Shown: positions 1 through 11,000 of the stretch, piece by piece | How positions within the stretch are numbered: position 1 is the stretch's first letter | Layout: each line of letters starts with the position of its first letter | Assembly (NCBI GenBank): GCA_046563655.1 | Contig: CM102284.1 | Location: forward strand, 3,472,001 to 3,536,000 | Direction: 5' to 3' | DNA length: 64,000 bases | From: Yuukianura sp. NJ FZ-2021 | Taxonomy: Eukaryota | Notes under the pieces: model-generated | Database searches by the model: none | The model's input: only the letters and a program-made list of their open reading frames with translations | What the model was told of the DNA's origin: nothing | Translations under genes and position numbers: made by a program

Positions 1-10
1 TTACTTCAAG

Positions 11-2888
11 ATTCTGGTTGACAATCGAGACATTGTGCTCAAAGAATTCTATGAGCCAGTTGCACTCATGATGTCAGATGATGCCATCATTCTTTCCGGA
101 ATTTTGCTTGGACTCAACGTCATTGACTGCAATTTCTGTTTGAAGGTAAGCCCGATTTCAATTTGGAGTTACGTAATCGAACTTCTTCGCAATATTTTCT
201 TCTTCTTCTTGTTACGCCATGTTTTTTTTCGAGTTTTCTACTTTTCTGGAATTTTTACAGGAAGAGGAGCTTGATAGCCAGCAGGGCGTCATTGATTTTT
301 CACTCTACTTGCGCTCTTCCCATTCCAATGACTCTATCGACGAAGAAAATGAGCAAAGTCAAATGGACACTGTTCTAGACCAGAAAAACTACATTGAAGA
401 GCTGAATCGACACTTGAAGTATTCATTCAACTTTATGCAATTTTACACAGCGTTTGCATGATATTTCACTAATACACTTTTTCCGGAATAATGCAGTGCC
501 ACTTGTACAAATTTGCAAACGCGGGTGGAGACTCTTGCTACAACGAATGCACTGATGAAGGAAGATCTGGCAATTTCCAAAAATTGCATCCTGTCTCTTC
601 AAGAGGAGAATCGAATCCTCAAACTTCGTTTGGACCAATACGTTGGAGCGGGTGAACCGGAGTCTGTAATTCAGAAGGAAGTCAAAGAAAGTGTCACAAA
701 GGAATCAGTCAACTCCCTCTCCAGTTCACCGCTACCACAAACAGAGCAGATTGGGGAATCAAAAGATGGTGGCTACTCTGATTCGTCGTCTGTCAGTCTT
801 TCTGTTACGGATTTGAGCAAGAAGTTACACGAAGAACGAACTTTAAGATCTGAGATGGAGAAAGAAATCAGCATACACGTAAGATTCCTTGTAGTTATTC
901 AGCACAATATTGGTCTTACTTGTTTCTTGTACATCAGATGTCACAAAAGGCAGAGATGGAGGCGGCAATGTCACTTTTGGAAAAAGACATTCATGAGAAG
1001 CAGGACACAATCGTCTCACTTCGACGGCAACTGGATGAAATCAAGGGCATCAATCTCGAAATGTATAAAAAGTTACAGGTACTGCTAAAAATCTTACTGA
1101 ATATTGTAAAATTCTGAGTTTTTGACCAAAATAATTTCTTCCTTGGATGCTATAATTATTGACACGTTAAGGAATGTGAGGAAGAACTCCATGATAAGAT
1201 GAAAGCGATTGAGCGACTCCAAAGGAAAACTGTGCAAATCGCTTCTCTTCTTCAGAATTTGGAAGCTGCGAAGGCTTTCGAACTAACGTCTCCTATTGGT
1301 GTGCTTTCTCCGAACTTTCCTTCGTCATCTTCCAATTCGTGTCTGAGACGTGACAACAGTTCTTAAACATAAGCTGAAACACCGCAATACAGCGAGAACT
1401 TATAATCTCTTGTTTAGCAAACTAGGCATCCATGTTGCTGATTCTACTAAAGCGCAATCACTGCTTAACATGTATAGTACCTCAATTGATTCTTGTGCTT
1501 TTACAAACAGGAATGTGAAAAGTCGCTGAAGTTCAAAGCAGACTTCATCGCGAAGTTAGAATCCAAATCTGCGGTCTTGACCGAGACAATTGAGAGACTT
1601 GATGAAAAGTAGGTTATTGTTTTTAATGCAAAACTAAAATTTAGCCTCTGGTAAACCAAAAATTGAACATTTAAACTGTTTCCATTGTTCTTACTCGCCT
1701 CAAACTGACTAATTCCGACAAAGCGTAAACCAACCTTTGTTAGACAAAACTTAATAAAATGTTGACTTAAAGCGAAAAACAATTCTGAAAAAGCATCTTG
1801 AAATTAATTATTCATCATTTTTGGTTCCTCATATTTAAACAAATTTTTCTTTTATCCTATTTTTGGTTTGCCACGATATTTTATATTTTTATTTTTTAGG
1901 CTTGAACTTTTTTTGTATTATTTTGAATTTGATTTTTTTTTCTGTAAAGAATTGCTGCTGGAGAGGCGGAACTCAAATCCTCGCACGAAATCATGAGGAA
2001 CCTTGGTCTGGAAATCGCTGCGAAGGAACTGAAGGTGTCAACAATGGAAGGAGATTTGCGGATTGAGAAGGAAATGCGACAATCATATCAAAATTCACAC
2101 GTGAAAGACAAGGAGAGAATTTCGGAACTGAATTTGGAGCTGCAAAGACTACAAATCGTGGGCCTGGTAAGAGGGGGTAACAATCTGTTGCGTCTCTTGT
2201 GATAGATTTTCCATTTAAAACTGAAATGACTACTTTTCTTTATGCGCAGGAGTTGGAAGGAATGCGAAAAGAGAATTCTAGGCTTCTACTGCTTTGTAAA
2301 GAACAAGAAAGCACTTTGGTGGATATGGGTGTTCGGTTGTCCAACGAAACGCTGAAAATGGAAGATTTGCGTGAATCGTCCAAAGGATTTGTGGAAGCGC
2401 AGTGGACTGATGACAAGGATGTCAAGGAATGCAAAAGTTGTAACAGAGAGTTCAACTTAACGAGGAGAAAGGTTAGAACTTACTATGTTCCTTGTGTTTT
2501 CTAAATATGCTGTTGCGTTTCTATAATTTCGTGTTTTGAATGTTTTCAGCATCATTGCCGAGCTGTAAGTCCATTTTTGTCACAAAAATTTCGTGGCTCA
2601 TTTACCGAATTTAAAAATTCTAATTTCGTAACACAAGTTTATCAACAGCATTTGATTTTACGTTTTCAGTGTGGGAAGATTTTCTGTCGCCCGTGTTCTG
2701 ACAACTTTATGCTTCTAGCATCTAGTAGCAAGCCCGTAAGGACATGCGATTCCTGCTATGCATCTCTTCTCCAGCGATTTTCAGCCTCATCAGCTGGAAG
2801 TTCCAGCCCCGCTGCTGCGTCAAATACGAGAAATGCCACTGACGATTCTGGAAGTGAGCGCAGCTTTACAATTGTGCAACGTAGGTGA
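11..2888 (+). CDS. RUFY: RUN and FYVE domain-containing protein (RUFY family), 5' part outside the window; multi-exon
   Basis: GT-AG exons 11-145, 261-418, 497-878, 938-1078, 1511-1608, 1950-2166, 2250-2471, 2550-2564, 2670-2888 splice in frame. End of RUN domain ([34 protein letters not shown]), [13 protein letters not shown], coiled coil ([31 protein letters not shown]) and FYVE domain ([35 protein letters not shown]). Cannot be assigned to a vertebrate paralog by eye. Confidence 0.93.
1172..1366 (+). CDS. Alternative terminal exon of the RUFY gene (short isoform lacking FYVE)
   Basis: AG at 1170-1171, then a phase-0 frame [31 protein letters not shown]...RRDNSS ending in TAA at 1364-1366. 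It starts GAATGTGA exactly like the downstream exon at 1511. Confidence 0.7.
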   Translation, partial: ECEEELHDKMKAIERLQRKTVQIASLLQNLEAAKAFELTSPIGVLSPNFPSSSSNSCLRRDNSS

Positions 2889-3507
2889 TGAAATCTTCCT
2901 CAATTGCATCCAATGAATCTCCAAACCCATTGCTTCCCTCCCAGTCGCATCAGAAACTTCGGTTTCTTCAAATAACTGATTTGAGGACGAAATATTTATA
3001 TAGAATTTGAAAATCTACTGGGGTACCTTGTAAAAAGAGAAAAATTCTTTGTATAATTTTAATTTTAATTAAGTTTTAACGCCCCCGAACCATTTTGCTT
3101 ACACTAGTCTTCTATCTTCCTCAAAATTTTAAATTTTCCTAAACTCCCTACTGCGAAGGAGGGTTTTTAACGTTCATACGTTCATAATTTAAACTTATTT
3201 TTTATAATGCAGAAATTACGAATCAATTTTGAATTTAAGATTAAATGGTCGCTAACCGTCAAAATTTCATGCACTCATACGCTCAAAATAAACGTAGAGT
3301 TTGTGTAATCCTTGCCTCGAGTCTCCACTTGACAGTTCACCTGTTCTGTAAAACAATTGAATTTGCTCTTATCGTTCATCTCGCTTAAAAACAACTCTAA
3401 ATCCACTTCAACTGTAATTTCCATTTAGTTACGCTTAAAATCGCTTTTTATTATAGCTCTAACGAAGGAACTTACTAAAAATTTGACTAACCTAATACTA
3501 GGTTAAC

Positions 3508-5276
3508 CTAACCTACTTTTTTTGCAATGGATACTGGAGTTTGTTTAGTTTTGGGTAACTGTATGTCCTCTCGATGTGCCAATGGATTTTCGCTTTCACG
3601 TTCTTCCAGTTCCTCTTCCAATTCACCCGAAGTGGCTTCGTCAATCGGTTTTCCACTGCCGTAGAAAATGTCTTCTCGGTAAATCCGATCTTTCCTTCGG
3701 TATGTTCCGTGGAGTCTGTCCCACAGTTCTATGTTAAATCCAAAGTTGACATGGAAGTACTGGTGGTGATTGTCATGGAAGATACAGTCAGGTTGCCAAG
3801 GTTGCCACCACATACGCTTGAAATTTATGCCAGAGTGATCAATGATCCCGTGGTAGTACGTGTACATCATGATTAGTGAAAAATTTGCTGGAAAAATTAA
3901 GATTAGATTAATCATTTAATGTTTAATTCGGAATTCGCGTGACGTCATGAATTTACAAACTTACCCCAGTGCACTGGAAAGATATATGCTGCAGTTATGA
4001 GCATAAATTGATTGTGGACAAACTGAAATCGAAATTAGCACAATTTTAGTTTTAATTGGTGAATTAATTCTGAACAATTAATTAACTTACTTCTACGGGA
4101 TGAATTGCGGTGACGCTGAAAGCAGTTGGCTGCTTGTACGTGTGATGAAGTTTGTGGAAATTTTTGTACAGCCATGGTGTATGGTACATTCTGTGCATCC
4201 AGTACGTCACGTAGTCCTAATTACACAACGAGGTCATTCAGTTGTTCAAAAAACTACTTTTTTTTTAAATTTCGAAATAGTTTTGAAAATGTAACTTGTT
4301 TCAAAAAAATTTCAAGTAACCTGGTAAATGAAGACTACAGGAATTTGGAGTAGAAGCCAAATGTAGCCGTATTCTGAAAATTCAAAGTAGACTTTGCTCC
4401 AAGTTCCTCCGTTGAGTACATAAGTAGCAAATGCTGCCGAAATGGCACTGGGAAGCAAGAAAAACAAATTTTGTATTTAATTTTAAATTAGAATTTGAAT
4501 TTTAAAAACGTTTTCAAAAAACGAAAATTCTTTCTCATCGCTTACCTTCCAAAAACTAAGCTAATCGATCCAACCATGATTTCGTGCCGTTCTAGCTCCG
4601 GACTCAACCATTTCTTAGGTTGGCATTTCCATGTTTCTGGAGTGTGGCGTTGGCGGACATAGTAGTACCACTGGAAGTTTTATGCATATGTTATTGTATT
4701 AAACAATGTTAAAAATGTTAGCTTAACAATCTCTTTAATTTAAAACATACGTGTAGAAATCCGCCAAGTCCGAAGTATATAACGTAGGAAATGATCGTAG
4801 AAGGAATTAGTACAGACACATAATTTTTAAACCGTAGGTCAATCCAATCTTGAAAAGAATCAATCAGTTCATGCGTTTCTTCCACGTAAGATTCACTCCC
4901 ACCAGTTTGAAGATATTTCCAAAAATACACAGCAAATAGAACCCACTCTCCTGTAAAATAATTTTGTAGAATTTTATTTCTTGTGTGTTTTTTTCATTTT
5001 TGGAAATTTCGCACCTCTGGCGGAAATCCCAAGGACGAACATGGCCAGTGTTGCTAAAATTGACGTTAATCGTGGCATCTTCGACTCCATTTTGCGCAAC
5101 TTGAGATCCAGCGCTGCATTTTCACCCCAGAAAAACAATTTGGAGAAAAGCTCCAAGGTCGTTGAACTTTGACCTCTTCCATCGGTTTTTGTATTCTTGT
5201 AGACATTTTTCTCAAGGCCGTTCCTTCCACCCCCAGGGGGTTCCTTCCGATCTTCTGTAACTGGATTTGGTGTCAT
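3508..5276 (-). CDS. Sterol desaturase / fatty-acid hydroxylase superfamily membrane di-iron enzyme (SC5D/ERG3-like); 7 exons
   Basis: Exons 5276-5015, 4950-4751, 4670-4546, 4448-4321, 4216-4091, 4022-3965, 3887-3508 splice in frame. His boxes YWMHRMYH, FHKLHH, HGIIDHSG, FHDNHH, plus NFG...WDRLHGT and hydrophobic segments. Confidence 0.9.
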
Positions 5277-6237
5277 TGGAAACGACCGCTTAAGTGCAAA
5301 TTTTCAACTGTAATTAATTCTTTATTAATTTAGTTTAGTTATTTTAAACCTAGGACGAAAACTGGAGATGCGACAGAAATAATTTCCCGTTGTCCAAGCG
5401 CTGGAAGTTCATTTGAACTGTTGTCCACTTCAATCGCTGCTGCTGTAGTTATATCCATTTGATCTTTTGTTAGGACTGATAAACGACCTAATCTCGTACA
5501 ATATTCGTTCTGTTTGCCATAACTGAGATTTCAGAGTTAAACGTTAACATCAAGTGCACATGTACTTAAAAATTTGATGTCGTAGCGAATGTTGCCCCTT
5601 GAACACAAGACTTTCGTGACGTCGCGTCGTGGTCACTCAGATGGCCATCCGTGACAACATTAAATAGATTGAGGCCCGGTTTTTTTTACGTTGAGTCATC
5701 GCAACTTGGACATATAATTTTATTTTGTAAAGTACCAGCAAAACTTTGTCTTTTTTTTTTGACAATTTTACACTGCTACGCTAATTTACTTAATGTAACG
5801 TTCATTTATTTATTAGTAAAATTTTAGGAATCTTTCCAATGTCAAATTTTGACAAAAGAGGTAATTTAGTTTTCGAATTCTTGACAGTTAACAAAATAAA
5901 GAAAACAAGGACAATTCCACGATTTTCTATTTTTCTTAGAAGTGTAAATTAATGTAGAAGCTGAAATTGATGTGGGAAACTTTCTAGAAAGACTTTCTCT
6001 AAGTTATTAAAGTACAATAGGAGCAACTGACTCCGGGACACACTCATGGTCAAGGTCAAGACATATGAAGGATGCATTGGATGAATTTTACTGAGAAACT
6101 GAAACCGATTTCTGCTGACGATGATTACCATACTTATGAGTAGTACGATATTCGGAGTTTTCAAAAAAAACTTCATTTCTAAAACTTCCTTTCATTTCTT
6201 CAGTTCGGAAAGAGACTTCGAGTGTTTTACTAAGAGA

Positions 6238-7780
6238 ATGAAAGTGTTAAGTTTAACTCCAAACATTTTCAGAGGAATTAACAACGGCCATTTGGAAATT
6301 CCAGTACACTTTGTTCAAAGTTCAGAAATATTTCAGAATTTAAGAACTTTTTTCACTTTGTCAAAATTTGTTAGCGGATTGCCCTACGTCACACTAAAAG
6401 AAAGCAATGTAATTTTATCTCCGGGAATTTGTAGTTTGACCTCTTTGTGGACACTTTTCCTGTGTCTCAATTCGATTGTGCCTTTGACTTTCTCGATTGT
6501 CAATGCAGAAGACTTTGTTCGCAGATCAGGGTCAACTATCATCCTCCGAGGTCATGTCACACTTGTCTACTTGGCCAGTTTTAAATTTTCGGCTAGACTG
6601 GTTAGAGCAATTCGTGAAAGCCCATTGGTTGAAAAACGGCTAAAAATCTACACAGAACCAAAAGATGTTGGGCAACTTCGACGCCATTCGCTAGTGGTCA
6701 TCGGTGCATACGTTTTTTTGGGAGTTGGTTTGACCTTGACCTCAGTCCTGCTTAGTGTACTAGTGAATGCACAGTCTGTGGAACAGAGTTGGGCCAACTA
6801 CTCCAAATTGACCTGTGACCTTGACCCTGACGCAATATTCCATATGACCTTGACCAACTCTTATTGCATTGTGTCCACTTTTATAACATACTTCGCCTGG
6901 CTCTTTGGTGACTTTCTCCTGATGCTACTTTCTCTCATCTTTACTTCCCTTTTTGGACGATTGGTACGAGGGGTCAAAGGGCTCGAACCGTCCAGATTTA
7001 CTGTATTTGAAATTGATCTAATGAGAGAACATTTTGGAATTCTGTCGAAATTGATTCATGTAAGGTTACGATTTCTTGACCTTTGACCTAGCGGTTTGGC
7101 AATAATGGAAAAATGCTTCGGTTTTTAGGATTTTGACAGCAGTTTGGGACTGCTAAATCTGATTTCCTGTTTCTTCAATATTTCGTTCATTCTGATCTGC
7201 GGATATTCAATTGTTTTGAATTCGCATCTTAAAAAGACAGTTGGAACCCAGTACTGGAACGCAGCTATCTACTGTGCAGTCGCCAGTACAAAGCTTTTCG
7301 CCGGGCTTTTCATGGCCTCTCAACTACACTTTACGGTAATTTCGACTCAACTTTGAGAAAAGTAGTAATTTTCTGGAGACATTTCATAAATGCTTTCCTT
7401 TTTCCTGTATTTTAGGCTGGACAGGGTGCGGTTAGCATCAAGTCTTGGCCAATGACCCGCGACTCTCATGAATACTCTATGAATCATCCAAGAATTTGGA
7501 TTGTAAGGAAGTTCAAAACATAACGTCAGCCTAACTTAACCTGAGTTAATTAAACTTTAGCCAAGCGCAAACCTAATGGTTTCACAGCAAAACCTAAATA
7601 TTTGTTGGTTTGCAGATTCAATCTTTTCTTGTCCAATTATCAATGGGTCCAAAAACTGGATTTTCAATCTGGAAGTTGATGAAGATCAAGTTCAAGGTCA
7701 TGCTGATGATTCTAATAGGAATTTGTTCCTTTTTGGCATTTGCACGAATCACAACCTCCACTTGCTCCAGAACGAAGTGA
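6238..7780 (+). CDS. Divergent gustatory-receptor-like 7TM chemoreceptor (start codon uncertain, may lie upstream to about 6121)
   Basis: Long multi-TM first exon ending 7059, then exons 7129-7335, 7416-7502 and 7616-7780 joined by three phase-0 introns near the C-terminus, a layout typical of the arthropod GR superfamily. C-terminus IQSFLVQLSMGPKTGFSIWKLMKIKFKVMLMILIGICSFL resembles the GR TM7 region. Confidence 0.7.
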
Positions 7781-8036
7781 CACGGCTGAAACCACACAAC
7801 TAAACGTGCAATTGGCAGTCCAAGTAATGTTACTGGTATTTATTATCTATAGCGATACTGAATTTTAGCCAATATGATTAGTGTTGTGGAACTTTGCCGG
7901 TACACTTTGATCTATAAGGTTAACAGCAGTTACATGTCATGAATCTTGAGTCACACCGACTGACTCGTGTAAATACCAATTACCCCTCAGCACATGCGCA
8001 GTTTCTCGTAAGTGACTGTTTTTGGCCACCCAATTA

Positions 8037-11000
8037 TCAGATGGGAGGTGGCTCATCGTAGCTGTAGGTCACGAGTGACTCAGCACTGTCACACGTAGGA
8101 ATGAAGGTTAATCGACAGATCAGAAAAACACCGAAGAGCATCAGAAGGAGGGCAAAAGTTTTCCGAACTCCTCCCCACGTTTGTTGTGTGTTCCAAGGCC
8201 AGTTAAATTCTCGCAGAACTGTGTCGTAACTTTCATACACAAACCTAAAAATACAAAATTCAAAAACAGTTTTTTGAAGAGTTTTCATTTCAACTTGCAG
8301 TATTTTAATTACTCGATTCATACCTGGGGAAGAATCGTCTATCTGCCTTGGGTTGACGAAGGCTCAGTTCAAAACATGTATCAACCGTGTTTTGTTTTGG
8401 TCCCAATAGGCGCTGCAAGATGTGTGTATCTGATCTACGTACGTTGTAAAAAAAACGTCCAAATCAGCACCAACATACATAATTTTGAACATAATTTTGA
8501 ATTTGTGTTTACATGAAATTTTCGAAAATTTACCTTTCTCCAGCGCCCTTGTAAGTTCTATCGGTTATTTTAAAAGGATGACGCACCTAGGATAAAAAAA
8601 GTAGAATTAGCATTTATGAATCTTTAAATGTTTAATTATTCATTTAAATGTTTATTTAAATATTTAGCATCACGTTGTTTTAATTGTGACGCTTCATTAG
8701 CAAGCAAGGGGGGTTACTGCAAAAGGAGGAAACCCAGAAACTTACCGTGCCGTTGCGTGTGAAATTTCTGTCAGTGCTGCATGTAGTAGTAATTAAATGT
8801 TAATCGAAAGATTGGGTTAGTTAAATAGACACTAAAATAATTACGGATTTTAACAGGTTTATCCCTCAAGGTGAGCCACACACTGTGGCCCACACTTATG
8901 CAACCCATAGCCATTAATTGAGTTTAAAAGCACGACTACTAACGATTCAGCTTATCATTAACTACATTTGCCGGATTTTGAAGATTTTTATGATTTAATT
9001 AAAATTAATTACTAATTAATTAATTTTACCTCATGATTGTTATTGTTGTGAATTTGATTCAGATTCGTTGTAGTCCTTTTCTTTGGAAATTCAATCCCAC
9101 GCTCTTCAAGAATTTCTCTAATGAAATCAAAATCGTTTCACTTTATAGCAAAGTTCAAAATCAGTTGAAGAGAAGAATGTGGAATGCAAATGCAACTTAA
9201 TTTGAAAATACCTGGCCAGTTGGCGTTCCTCTTCAAGATTTTCACAGACAGTGTTTAGAATTCGCACATACAGCACCATTACTTCAATCATTTTGAACAC
9301 TCTTCGCACAACATCCAGTTTTCCCGAACGCTGTTGCAAGGGAAATTAATAGCAATAATGTAATGATCCCAACATAAACATTTTCTTCTAACGGTGTACC
9401 TGAGCTGCGCAATCCAAAGAGGTAGTCCGAAGTTCAATTTCAGCTACCCAGTTTTCTAATGAGTTGCACAACTCGCGAATATCACCCGGTATTCGTTCAG
9501 AACGTGTTTTCTGTTAAAAAAAAATCGGTTGTGTTTACCCGTTAGTGATAAAGCAAAATAAAAAAGTAGCGAATGAATTTACCTGTATTGTTTCTTTCAA
9601 CGCGGATAAAACTTCGCCTATCCGCAGTTTGGCAGTTGAATGCTCCATTTTAGTAATTGCGGATCGCCCGTCCAATTTGTCGTGATCCGTTCGGAACGTC
9701 GTAGCCAACTCTTCGAAGCGTTTCTAAAAAAAACACACACGTATTGGTACCACATAAATGTAACCAACCAACGAAAAATCAATTATTGTTACTTACTTTT
9801 AGGTCTGGAAGTTCGTCAACATCCCTGGAGAAGGAAATTAAGAGTTACGATATTCACTTGAAATAATTTTTATCATTTCCAGGTTAACTTACTCTACTTT
9901 TTCTTGAGACGTTGAATCCAGGTACTGAAAAATAGTTTTAGCCAGAAATGGAAATTGTTCACAGTAGCCTTCTGCAACCTCGTCAAGATCAGTTTTCGGT
10001 GACGCCTTGCAGAATGCACCTTCTTCTGTGTCATCCTCTTGGCCGAAGCTTTTTTTGAACGTTTCCATATCAACTTGATCCAAGTCTGCCCTTAGAGTTC
10101 GCCACTCCTTTCTGGAGAGAATCGCTGCATCCGAATTACACGAGCGCATAGGAACATCGTATGAATACCTAAAAGTAATAGAAGTTCCCAATTTAATTTA
10201 GTTAGTTGAAAAACAAGATTCCATTCATGTTGTAAACTACAAACTTGAATAATGCAAACAAATCTAAAGTAATCAAACAAAACCTCACTGTCTCATGTGC
10301 TCCTGGTCCTCGTCTGGAATTACTCCAACCGACGCACTACCTTGACGATTGTCAATGGGCAACATTTGCCAACTTGGTTTTGGCTAAAAAAAATTCAACA
10401 CTGTAAGAATGAATGTCAACCACTTTTTGTACTAATCCACGCGTAAATCACACTAACCTTAATACTACGACCACTGGATTTGGAACTTCTACCACTTCGT
10501 AGCACCGAATCTGGTCGACCAACGGGGCTACTGTCGTCCAATAGCTCTTCGTAATTGATTGGAGTTTTGTCACCGTCTTGATTCGTGAGTGTCTCCTGAG
10601 GGAATAAAACAAAAGGATGAAAAACCACAACTATAATTGGAATTTTTTTTTGTCGAATACTAGTTAAAAGTAGTCAATTAGTAGGGATTCGGGGCAGGGT
10701 GTAAGTCGTGTAGCGTAGAAATGAAAAATGACGTCCAATTATAAACTTGACTCCAATAAACTGGATCTTGAAATCTTTTTAAAAAGCAAGATCTTCAGCA
10801 GAACATTATCTTCAATGAATCAAGTCAAACAACTGCTATCTATTTACAGAATAAGTTTATGCCAAAAAGGAGGAACGGGTTGGGGCGCTCAGTATATATT
10901 TAAAAAATGCACTTCCTATAAAAAGAGCAAACCGCTAAAGCATACGGGTCAAAGCAGCATTAGAAGTAGTTGGTTGTGCAAAGTTTAAGGAAAACCGCAG

